A stretch of 64,000 bases of DNA from Candidatus Nanopelagicaceae bacterium (GTDB taxonomy: Bacteria; Actinomycetota; Actinomycetes; Nanopelagicales; Nanopelagicaceae), in assembly GCA_947461995.1 (NCBI GenBank), contig CANHNH010000001.1, positions 14,913-78,912 of the forward strand, written 5' to 3'. A program made the position numbers and the translations under genes. The notes below the pieces were generated by a model. That model was not told the origin of the DNA. It ran no database searches and saw only the letters and a list, made by a program, of their open reading frames with translations. Positions 30,660 through 39,501 of this stretch are shown here, piece after piece (position 1 is the first letter of the stretch; each line of letters starts with the position of its first letter).

Positions 30660-32096
30660 ATGTTAGATACTTACTTCAAAATCACACAACGTGGATCAAC
30701 GGTTGCTCGCGAAGTTCGCGGTGGCTTCGTCACGTTCTTTACGATGGCCTACATCGTGGCACTCAATCCCCTCATCATCGGTTTGGCTAAAGATGCTGAT
30801 GGAAAATTTCTAGGTGGAGGCGATGCACCTAACCTAGCAATGGTTGCAGCAGCAACTGCCCTAATCGCGGGAGTTCTAACCATCCTCATGGGTGTTGTTG
30901 GAAATTATCCACTTGCACTTGCAACAGGTCTTGGACTCAACACATTTGTTGCAGTTGGTATTGCTTCTAAAATGTCTTGGGCCGATGCAATGGGTCTCGT
31001 TGTTCTAGAAGGACTGATCATCACGGTATTAGTTCTTACAGGATTTAGAACTGCAGTATTTCGTGCAGTACCAGCCCAATTAAAGATAGCAATCTCAGTT
31101 GGCATCGGTCTCTTTATCGCCCTGATTGGCTTAGTCGATGCTGGATTCGTTCGTAAAACACCAGGAACTGGTCCAGTACCGGTAACACTTGGTTACGACG
31201 GAACTCTCGTCGGTTGGCCAATCGTTATTTTTGCACTCGGTCTATTTTTAACAATCGCTTTGATGGTTAAAAAAGTAAAGGGAGCACTGTTAATCGGAAT
31301 CGCCGTAGCAACTGTTGCTGCCATTGCCGTTGAATCTGCTTTCAAGATCGGTCCAAACTTCATAGCTCCGGATAAAGTTAATCCAAAGGGCTGGGGGCTA
31401 AACGTTCCTAGTGTTCCATCAGACATTATTTCTACTCCTGATTTCGGTTTACTTGGACACTTCTCCCTTTTCGGTTCATTTAGTCGAATCTCGGCTGTAA
31501 CAGCAATCCTGATTGTATTTACACTTCTGCTATCCGATTTCTTCGATACAGTTGGTACAGTTACTGCAATCGGACATGAATCTGGATTAATAGATTCTCA
31601 AGGAAACATTCCAAATAATGATCGAATTCTTCTGGTTGACTCACTGGCTGCAGTAGCAGGTGGAGCCGGAAGTATTTCGTCTAACACCAGTTATATCGAG
31701 TCCGCATCAGGTGTTGGTGAGGGTGCACGAACAGGATTAGCATCAGTAGTAACTGGTGTGCTCTTTCTCCTGACAACATTCCTTGCACCACTTGTTGCTG
31801 TAATACCTTACGAAGCCGCAACACCTGCATTAGTTATCGTGGGATTCCTCATGATGACACAAATCAAAGGAATCGACTGGGCTGATTACGGAATCGCTAT
31901 CCCAGCATTTTTAACGATCATCTTGATGCCTTTTACCTACAATATTTCAGTCGGTATCGGAGCAGGTTTCGTTTCACATGTAGTAATCCGGTTAGTACAA
32001 GGACGACGCAAAGAAGTACACCCACTTCTTATATTCGTCAGTGTTCTCTTCATGGTTTACTTCCTTTCTTCTCCAATTAATACCTGGATTGGATAA
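30660..32096 (+). CDS. NCS2/AzgA (PbuG-like) purine permease
   Basis: REVRGGFVTFFTMAYI..NP, GLGLN, DFFDTVGT, YIESASGVGEGARTG. Confidence 0.92.
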   Translation: MLDTYFKITQRGSTVAREVRGGFVTFFTMAYIVALNPLIIGLAKDADGKFLGGGDAPNLAMVAAATALIAGVLTILMGVVGNYPLALATGLGLNTFVAVGIASKMSWADAMGLVVLEGLIITVLVLTGFRTAVFRAVPAQLKIAISVGIGLFIALIGLVDAGFVRKTPGTGPVPVTLGYDGTLVGWPIVIFALGLFLTIALMVKKVKGALLIGIAVATVAAIAVESAFKIGPNFIAPDKVNPKGWGLNVPSVPSDIISTPDFGLLGHFSLFGSFSRISAVTAILIVFTLLLSDFFDTVGTVTAIGHESGLIDSQGNIPNNDRILLVDSLAAVAGGAGSISSNTSYIESASGVGEGARTGLASVVTGVLFLLTTFLAPLVAVIPYEAATPALVIVGFLMMTQIKGIDWADYGIAIPAFLTIILMPFTYNISVGIGAGFVSHVVIRLVQGRRKEVHPLLIFVSVLFMVYFLSSPINTWIG

Positions 32097-32104
32097 TTTG
32101 AAAT

Positions 32105-32148
32105 AAAGCAATAGCGCGGAACCTTGATTGGTTCCGCGCTATTGCTTT
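32105..32148. terminator. Bidirectional terminator, perfect 19-bp stem
   Basis: AAAGCAATAGCGCGGAACC-TTGATT-GGTTCCGCGCTATTGCTTT between convergent permease and ung. Confidence 0.8.
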
Positions 32149-32777
32149 GTCCATTCAATAATGGATCTATTTTCAGATTTAAGAATTCGATTCACGCTAG
32201 AAAATGGTTTACTTCCGAAAAATCCCCGATAAGCAGATAGCGGACTTGGGTGAACACCTATTATTCGCTTATCTTTCGGAAAATAGTGGGCTAATTCTTG
32301 TGCATGACTACCCCAAAAGATTCCAATGACTCCTTGTTCAGCTAAAACTCGGGCCACTTGATCTGTGAATCCATGCCAACGTCCATCAACTTTCTTGTCA
32401 GGCAAATTTATGGTCAAACAACGATTGAGCAACATCACACCTTGATCTGCTAGATACGCAAGATTGCCATTACTTGGCGCGCTTCCACCTACATCACTGA
32501 GCATCTCTGTAAAGATATTCCTCAGAGACGGCGGAATTTTTTTAACATTTGCAGGCACGCTGAAAGAGAGTCCCATCGCATGATCTGAATTTGGGTACGG
32601 ATCCTGACCGACAATCAATACTTTAACTGATGCGGGTTCACAATTGAACGCTCTAAATATGTTCTCTCGCGTCGGTGCACTTTTCGCGAAATCGCAAACA
32701 CCTTCTAATTCATCGAGTAGATTCAAAGACGGTGCTAATAATTTATGCCACCGTGGATCTAGCAAATCTCTAAGCAC
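32139..32777 (-). CDS. ung: Uracil-DNA glycosylase (family 1)
   Basis: GQDPY, GLSFS, QGVMLLN, HPSPLS; GTG start inferred. Confidence 0.93.
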   Translation of the reverse strand: MLRDLLDPRWHKLLAPSLNLLDELEGVCDFAKSAPTRENIFRAFNCEPASVKVLIVGQDPYPNSDHAMGLSFSVPANVKKIPPSLRNIFTEMLSDVGGSAPSNGNLAYLADQGVMLLNRCLTINLPDKKVDGRWHGFTDQVARVLAEQGVIGIFWGSHAQELAHYFPKDKRIIGVHPSPLSAYRGFFGSKPFSSVNRILKSENRSIIEWTKQ

Positions 32778-33555
32778 GAGCGAAGAAACGATCACTTTCA
32801 CGTTTAACTTCTATTGGTAAACCAAAAACTGCACTCACATGCTCGCTAGTTATCACCGAAGCGACAGGACCGCTAACCGCTACCTTGCCGTCTTTGAGCA
32901 ATATCGCATGAGTCGTTCCGACAGGGATTTCTTCGATGTGATGCGTTACGAGAACGCTAGCTGGCGCAGTTGGATCATTAGAAAATTGTGCAAAGCGCCT
33001 TAAGAGATCTTCGCGTCCGCCTACATCTAAGCCAGCCGCTGGTTCATCTAATAAGAGTAATTCAGGATCAGCCATCAAAGCCCGTGAAATTAGAACACGT
33101 TTCTTCTCACCAGAGCTCAGTGTGGAATATCTTCTATCTCCTAATTCGCGAACACCAAATGTTGTCAGTAATGCAACGGCGCGCGATTCGTCCCATAAAT
33201 CATAATTTTCATTCCATCGACCAATGATCGCATATGCCGCTGTTAAAACAACATCTCTAACAATCTCATTAGATTCAACCATTGCTTCTAATGAGGGAGA
33301 TGCTAAGCCAATTCGAGTACGCAATTCTGAAAGATCAACTCGTCCGACCTGTTGATCTAATAGAAGAGCTTCTCCTTTACTTGGAAAAATTCGTGCTGCA
33401 AGTACGCCAAGGAGTGTAGATTTGCCAGCACCATTTGGGCCGAGAACCACCCAACGCTCCCCCGCAGCGATGCGAAAAGAGATGGGTCCCAAAATTTGTT
33501 TATCATCTCGCACAACACACACACCATCGAGTGCGAGAACTATTTCAGAAGCCAT
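32770..33555 (-). CDS. Stand-alone ABC ATP-binding protein (ModF/YlmA-like)
   Basis: GPNGAGKS, LSSGE, LLLLDEP, VTHH. Confidence 0.88.
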   Translation of the reverse strand: MASEIVLALDGVCVVRDDKQILGPISFRIAAGERWVVLGPNGAGKSTLLGVLAARIFPSKGEALLLDQQVGRVDLSELRTRIGLASPSLEAMVESNEIVRDVVLTAAYAIIGRWNENYDLWDESRAVALLTTFGVRELGDRRYSTLSSGEKKRVLISRALMADPELLLLDEPAAGLDVGGREDLLRRFAQFSNDPTAPASVLVTHHIEEIPVGTTHAILLKDGKVAVSGPVASVITSEHVSAVFGLPIEVKRESDRFFARA

Positions 33556-33639
33556 AGAACAAAAAGATAGTGCTTCAAGAGGGTCTAGAGGGTCAATCGC
33601 GCGCAAATTCGCATGTGTAATTGACGATAATCTAGGCCA

Positions 33640-34848
33640 ATGGATAGAAACAACAGGGTAGAGAATCGGTACACAGGCCTAATCCTGCTCTCTGGTATTG
33701 ATGCCCCCGGAATTTCTTCGGCTCTATTTACCACTTTAGAACCATTTTCGATCACAGTATTAGATATTGAACAAGTGGTTATTAGATCCCGTTTGATACT
33801 TACAGTATTAATTGATTTGGATCCCGCACATGCTGCGGCCGTAGAAGCGGATCTAATTGAGTGTGCGACAAAACTGAATGTGGACATTGCGACCTCATTC
33901 TCAAGCGAAACTACTGAATCCATTGCTCAGAAAACAGGTTTAATTCACGTCATTGCACTATCTGAAAAAATAACCCCCGGAGCAATCGCTAACTTGGCTT
34001 CAGACATTGCTGGAACTGGTGGAAACATCGAACGAATTCATAGAAGCGCCTCATTCCCTCTGACCGCTATTGAATTCTTGGTATCGGATTCGCACTTGGA
34101 TTCCTTGCGAAAGGCCCTAGGACCAACTGCGAAAAAATATGGGGTCGATATTGCTGTCCAAATCTCTGGCTTGAATCGCTTCGCAAGAAAGTTAGTTGTG
34201 ATGGACGTTGATTCAACTCTGATTGCGCAAGAAGTTATCGATCTACTTGCAGAAGCCAGTGAGGTAGGCCAAGAGGTACGGGAAATTACAGAAGCCGCAA
34301 TGCGTGGAGAATTGGATTTTGAAACTTCATTACGTAAACGTGTTGCCATGCTAAAGGGACAACCAGAATCCATAATTACGCAAGTTGCTAAGGACGTTAC
34401 CCTCACACCGGGTGCCAAAACATTAATACGCACATTGAAAAAACTAGGTCATAGCGTTGGACTAGTCTCCGGTGGTTTCTCTCAAGTAGTAGATCCAATT
34501 GCACAAGAACTTGGAATTGATCATGTTCGATCAAATACCCTAGAAATTGTTGATGGAATAATTACTGGAAACTTAATTGGTCCAATAATTGATCGAGCTG
34601 GAAAAGCGCTAGCATTGAAAGAATTTGCAACCCTTGAAAGTATTTCTCCTGCAAACACAATCGCTATTGGTGATGGTGCGAATGACCTCGACATGATCGC
34701 TGCGGCAGGACTTGGAATTGCATTTAACGCTAAACCAGCTGTTCAAGAAGCCGCGCAAAGTGCGCTTAATGCACCATATCTAGATTCCGTGCTTTTTATC
34801 TTGGGAATAAACCGGGAAGATATTGAAGAATCAGAAAGGGATATTTAA
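33640..34848 (+). CDS. serB: Phosphoserine phosphatase with ACT domains
   Basis: Two ACT domains, then MDVDSTL, VSGGF, GDGAND. Confidence 0.95.
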   Translation: MDRNNRVENRYTGLILLSGIDAPGISSALFTTLEPFSITVLDIEQVVIRSRLILTVLIDLDPAHAAAVEADLIECATKLNVDIATSFSSETTESIAQKTGLIHVIALSEKITPGAIANLASDIAGTGGNIERIHRSASFPLTAIEFLVSDSHLDSLRKALGPTAKKYGVDIAVQISGLNRFARKLVVMDVDSTLIAQEVIDLLAEASEVGQEVREITEAAMRGELDFETSLRKRVAMLKGQPESIITQVAKDVTLTPGAKTLIRTLKKLGHSVGLVSGGFSQVVDPIAQELGIDHVRSNTLEIVDGIITGNLIGPIIDRAGKALALKEFATLESISPANTIAIGDGANDLDMIAAAGLGIAFNAKPAVQEAAQSALNAPYLDSVLFILGINREDIEESERDI

Positions 34849-35690
34849 AGACGACAAGCGTGAATGTCTGTGACTAAAATTCCACGCGCTCCAACTTCCC
34901 ACAATTCATCCATTACCCGATTGGTGTCTTTTCGAAGAACCATTGCGCGAACGGCGACCCACTCTTCATTTTGCAATGGTGAGATGGTTGGAGATTCCAA
35001 TCCTGGTGTGATCGCACAAGCCGCAACCGACTTGTTTTTCGGAACGTCATAATCGAGTAACACATATTGACGAGCAGTAATTACGCCCTGAAGTCGGCGT
35101 AGCAAAATCTGCAGAGATGGATTGTTCTTCTCATTTTCTCGGGTAATCAATATCGCTTCACTGACAAGAATTGGATCACCAAAGGTTTCTAACCCTGCTT
35201 GCCTCAACGTATTACCAGTGCTCACAACATCTGCAATCAAATCTGCAACACCTAAACGCACGCTGCTTTCGACTGCTCCATCTAGGCGAACTACGGTAGC
35301 CGATAATCCCAAGGATTTTAGGTGGGCATTAACTAATCCAGGGTAAGCACTTGCGATTCTTTTTGAGGAAATATCAGATATTTTCCAACTTTTTCCAGAT
35401 GGCGCCGCGAATCTAAATGTTGATCCACCAAAACCCATAGCAAGGGTTTCAATCGCGGCTGCTTCTGAATCGATAAGTAAATCTCGTCCAGTAATGCCAG
35501 CCTCTAACTCTCCTGATCCTACATAGAGCGCGATATCCCGTGGTCTTAGATAGTAAAATTCAACTTGATTTTCGGTATCAACTAGAACGAGATCGCGATT
35601 ATCTGTGCGTTGTCTGTAACCGGCCTCTTTTAGAACAGCAATAGAATCTTCAGCAAGCGAACCTTTATTCGGGATTGCAACTCTTAACAT
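34845..35690 (-). CDS. hisG: ATP phosphoribosyltransferase (long form)
   Basis: AIPNKGSL, RPRDI, DGAVE, DVVSTGNTL, PGLESPT. Confidence 0.96.
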   Translation of the reverse strand: MLRVAIPNKGSLAEDSIAVLKEAGYRQRTDNRDLVLVDTENQVEFYYLRPRDIALYVGSGELEAGITGRDLLIDSEAAAIETLAMGFGGSTFRFAAPSGKSWKISDISSKRIASAYPGLVNAHLKSLGLSATVVRLDGAVESSVRLGVADLIADVVSTGNTLRQAGLETFGDPILVSEAILITRENEKNNPSLQILLRRLQGVITARQYVLLDYDVPKNKSVAACAITPGLESPTISPLQNEEWVAVRAMVLRKDTNRVMDELWEVGARGILVTDIHACRL

Positions 35691-35699
35691 AGACATCTC

Positions 35700-35963
35700 C
35701 TAAAGATTCTTGTAGATATCTTGAAGGGTTAAACCCCTTGCCAACATCAAGGTTTGCAGGTGATAAATCAATTGACTAATCTCTATCGCAAGTGCTTCGT
35801 TATCTTCGTGTTCAGCGGCCATCCACACTTCGCCAGCTTCTTCGATAATTTTCTTACCAATTGCATGTAGCCCTGCATCTAGTGCCTTGACAGTACCTGA
35901 GCCATCAGGTCGATCACGAGAAATAACTTCTAGCTCGCTCCACAGGGATTCAAAGGTCTTCAT
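35700..35963 (-). CDS. hisE: Phosphoribosyl-ATP diphosphatase
   Basis: [25 protein letters not shown]. Confidence 0.95.
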   Translation of the reverse strand: MKTFESLWSELEVISRDRPDGSGTVKALDAGLHAIGKKIIEEAGEVWMAAEHEDNEALAIEISQLIYHLQTLMLARGLTLQDIYKNL

Positions 35964-35985
35964 GGATATAGTTTACTAGAGAGTT

Positions 35986-36648
35986 CTATTTGGCGTTTTC
36001 TGCTAAAGCACGCAACATAGAAACCATAGCGGCTGGATCTTCGGCCTTATAAACAGCGCTCCCAGCCACAAAAATGTCGGCGCCAGCGGCGCTTGCTATT
36101 GCGATGGTTTCACTCGATATTCCGCCGTCAACCTGTAACCAAATTGGTCTATTTCCAATCAGTTCTCGCGTTCGTGAAACCTTATCCATCATCTCAGACA
36201 TAAACGATTGCCCACCGAATCCAGGCTCTACAGTCATGATCAAAAACATATCTACATCATCTAAATAATCTATGTAATCTTCAATCTGGCTTGATGGTTT
36301 CAGTGCCAAACTGGCTCTAGCTCCGTGTGACTTAATATTCTTTATGGTTTTACGAATATCACGAGTATTTTCAACATGGATAGTGACGCTGTCACAACCA
36401 GCTTCTGCATAACGTGGGCCTTGCTCATCGCAATCTACTACCATCAAATGAGCATCAACTGGGATAGTTGATCCTGAAATTATATATTTCGCTTCATCCC
36501 AGCTAAATGAAGTATTGGGCGCGAATTTACCATCTAAGATATCTAAATGCAATGAATCAGAAACATTTGAAACACGATCAATTTCTGACAATATTTTAGA
36601 GTAATCAGCATTTAAAATACTCGGATAAATCCGGACTGGTTTAGTCAT
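35986..36648 (-). CDS. rpe: Ribulose-phosphate 3-epimerase
   Basis: PSIL, HLDILDG, MTVEPGFGGQ, VDGG. Confidence 0.96.
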   Translation of the reverse strand: MTKPVRIYPSILNADYSKILSEIDRVSNVSDSLHLDILDGKFAPNTSFSWDEAKYIISGSTIPVDAHLMVVDCDEQGPRYAEAGCDSVTIHVENTRDIRKTIKNIKSHGARASLALKPSSQIEDYIDYLDDVDMFLIMTVEPGFGGQSFMSEMMDKVSRTRELIGNRPIWLQVDGGISSETIAIASAAGADIFVAGSAVYKAEDPAAMVSMLRALAENAK

Positions 36649-36657
36649 GGACTAATA

Positions 36658-38025
36658 CTAATTCTTCTTACGTAAAACACTTAAGAACATGGCATCTGTG
36701 TTGTGTCGGTGAGTCCACAATGTTAGAGCCCCTCGATCTACAGCATTTGCTCGTAACTTTGAATCAATAAATGGAGTGAGATCCACTAACTCCATATCCG
36801 GGTGACGCTTCAAACTCTCTGATACCGCAATCCGTGTTTCCGATAAATGTGGACTACATGTTGCGTAACCCAAAACTCCGCCCGGTTTCAGGCAATCGAT
36901 AGCGGCATCTATTATCTCTTCCTGCAAAACAACTAATGATTTCAAATCAGCTACCGTCCTACGCCAACGCACCTCTGGACGACGACGCAGAGCACCCAAT
37001 CCCGTGCATGGAACATCGGCGAGGATTGCTCCATATTTTTTTCCAAGAATTGATAAATCGCGGGCATCGATAGTTGTTACTTCAGCGCCTTGAACAACCT
37101 GACGTACCAATTTTGCACGAACTTCGGAAATTTCGTTGGCAGTAAATTCTACCGAAGTAGATTTAGCGATTGCTGATAACAACGCTGCTTTACCACCAGG
37201 GCCTGCGCACAGGTCTAACCAAGAATCTTGCTCAGCTGCTACTTGTGAAAAAACATGAGCAACTAATTGTGATCCTTCATCTTGGACCCCAGCTTTTCTT
37301 TGAGTGATCAGATCTAACGAAGCAGGTGCACCATCAAAAACCGCACCATAAGGTGAATAAGTTGTCGCAGTTGCACCCACCTCAACTAAATCATTTTGAG
37401 TACTCAATCCAGGCCAAGATACGAGCGTTGGCTTTGGTCCAATATTGTTAGCTTTTAGCAACTCTTGCACTTCCTCCAAATTCCCCAATTGATCTAAGTA
37501 AGCACCAATAATCCACTGAGGATGTGAATACAATATTGAAATCCGTTCAAAATCATCCTCGATGAGCATGATTTCAGAGATATATTCCTCCAGAGTTTTC
37601 TGGCTTATCTTCCTTAAAATAGCGTTTAAAAATGATGCCTTGGATTCACCAAGTACTTTTCTTCCTAACTCAACAGTTGCAGATACGGCCGCGTGTGTAG
37701 GCACTCGCATCTCAAAGAGTTGATGGGCTCCTAAGCGAGCTACATCTACTAGCGCTGGATCAACTTCGTTCCAAGGTCTATCACTTGCTTGCGCAAGGAT
37801 CCAATCGTGCCTACCTTGCATTCGCAATGTTCCGTACACAAGTTCGGTAGCAAAACCTTTATCCCTGTCATCTAATTGAGATTTCGTCAGTATTTTTGGT
37901 AGCAATAAATTGGAGTAACCTCCATTTCGATTAACTTCGTGTAAAACGTCATAGGCAAGCAATCGAGCTGCATCAGGTTTAGGTGAACTGAAACTCTTTC
38001 GTGCGGGCTTATTCAAAAATTTCAC
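36658..38025 (-). CDS. rsmB: 16S rRNA m5C967 methyltransferase (Sun/Fmu)
   Basis: NusB-like N-domain, QDEGSQ, DLCAGPGGK, DVPCTG, YATCS. Confidence 0.92.
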   Translation of the reverse strand: MKFLNKPARKSFSSPKPDAARLLAYDVLHEVNRNGGYSNLLLPKILTKSQLDDRDKGFATELVYGTLRMQGRHDWILAQASDRPWNEVDPALVDVARLGAHQLFEMRVPTHAAVSATVELGRKVLGESKASFLNAILRKISQKTLEEYISEIMLIEDDFERISILYSHPQWIIGAYLDQLGNLEEVQELLKANNIGPKPTLVSWPGLSTQNDLVEVGATATTYSPYGAVFDGAPASLDLITQRKAGVQDEGSQLVAHVFSQVAAEQDSWLDLCAGPGGKAALLSAIAKSTSVEFTANEISEVRAKLVRQVVQGAEVTTIDARDLSILGKKYGAILADVPCTGLGALRRRPEVRWRRTVADLKSLVVLQEEIIDAAIDCLKPGGVLGYATCSPHLSETRIAVSESLKRHPDMELVDLTPFIDSKLRANAVDRGALTLWTHRHNTDAMFLSVLRKKN

Positions 38026-38920
38026 CTTCGATTAAGCGAGATCCATTGATCCAATCTGCGGCGTTCATTTCCTTTTTGCCTGCCGGAACAATTTTCAAAA
38101 TCTCAACCGAGTTGCTAGCCGTTCCAATAAATAGCCTTTTTCCTGCCGTCCGAATCACACCAGGTTCCAGCTTTTGCCCAGTGAACTCCTCGGCTGCTCC
38201 TGTAATTTTTAGAATTGAGCCTCTGTGTAGCGTCCATACCCCTGGATTAGGGTTAAAGGCTCTTACTAAATCAATAATCTTCTTAGCCGGCATGTGCCAA
38301 TCTATTTTCGCTTCTTCTTTTCTAACTTTAGGGGCGAAGCTCACCCCAATCTCACTCTGAGGAAATGGATCTTTACCTTCTTCAATCATTTGCAAAACTT
38401 CTTCAAAAGCATGGGCACCAATGATTGATAAATCATCTAAAACTTGTTGGCAATTAGCGTTCTCCGAAACATTGAACACTTTTTGTACATAAATAGGTCC
38501 TGTATCTAGGTTTTCATCGATTCTAAAGATAGTAATTCCGGTGACAACATCACCGTTCAAGATAGATCGTTGAACAGGCGCTGCTCCCCTGTATGCAGGC
38601 AATAAAGAAAAATGCAGATTTAGGAATCCATGTTTCGGAATATGCAACAAGTCATCCGGCAAAATTCGACCATAAGCTATTGCTAAAACAATGTCTACAT
38701 CTTGGAAAGCATCATTCATTTCCTTGTGTGATTTTGGTTTCAAAACTTCTACATTGTGATGATCTGCCCAAAGCGCCACGGGTGAGGCAGTTGAAACCTT
38801 ACCTCGACCAGTTTTTGAATCAGGTGTGGTGATTACACGAAAGAGTTGATGCTTAGATTTCGTGATCCACTCGAGTGTTGGGATTGCTACATCTGCCGTA
38901 GCTGCCACCGCAACAATCAC
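38009..38920 (-). CDS. fmt: Methionyl-tRNA formyltransferase
   Basis: NLHFSLLPAYRGAAP, DTGP; GTG start overlaps the def stop (TAGTG). Confidence 0.95.
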   Translation of the reverse strand: MIVAVAATADVAIPTLEWITKSKHQLFRVITTPDSKTGRGKVSTASPVALWADHHNVEVLKPKSHKEMNDAFQDVDIVLAIAYGRILPDDLLHIPKHGFLNLHFSLLPAYRGAAPVQRSILNGDVVTGITIFRIDENLDTGPIYVQKVFNVSENANCQQVLDDLSIIGAHAFEEVLQMIEEGKDPFPQSEIGVSFAPKVRKEEAKIDWHMPAKKIIDLVRAFNPNPGVWTLHRGSILKITGAAEEFTGQKLEPGVIRTAGKRLFIGTASNSVEILKIVPAGKKEMNAADWINGSRLIEGEIFE

Positions 38921-39480
38921 TACAATCCTTTTCCAAAAGTTGCATGAGGCGAAATTTTTATAGTTGGAGAATTTCCAGTGTTCGTTGCTTGCCCAAACCA
39001 CTCAGATTCGCGTATCTCTTTCATTGCAATTTTTCTTGTTGCATCATCTAATCGATCAATAAAAACCACTCCATCTAGATGATCCGTTTCATGTTGAATA
39101 GCTCGTGCTAATAATTCGGATCCTTCAACTGTAATTGGTTCACCATGCATATTCCAGCCTTTAGCTACGACGCTCATTGAACGTTTGGTCGGGTAGGAAA
39201 GAGTTGGAAATGACAAACAACCTTCTTCGCCATCTTGAACTTCATCGCTTAGGTCTAAAGTTGGATTGATCAAATGTCCTAAAGTCTCGTCAACATCCCA
39301 AACAAAAACACGAAGCGGGACGCCAATCTGCGGCGCTGCCAACCCAGCACCAGGTGCGGCAATCATTGTTTCCGTTAAATCTTGAACTAACACTCTAAGT
39401 TCCTTGTCGAAATCAACAACCACGGACGCAGGAGAAACCAAGACAGGGTCCCCGAAGAGTCGTATTTGTTGAATGGACAT
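38920..39480 (-). CDS. def: Peptide deformylase
   Basis: GAGLAAPQ, EGCLS, QHETDH. Confidence 0.97.
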   Translation of the reverse strand: MSIQQIRLFGDPVLVSPASVVVDFDKELRVLVQDLTETMIAAPGAGLAAPQIGVPLRVFVWDVDETLGHLINPTLDLSDEVQDGEEGCLSFPTLSYPTKRSMSVVAKGWNMHGEPITVEGSELLARAIQHETDHLDGVVFIDRLDDATRKIAMKEIRESEWFGQATNTGNSPTIKISPHATFGKGL

Positions 39481-39501
39481 GTGCCCAGTCTATCAAGTCA
39501 A

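Noticed and set aside
30605-30790. 61-aa ORF as a leader peptide for the permease
   Set aside because: GTG start is inside the hairpin with no SD; it overlaps the permease out of frame and has no telling codon bias
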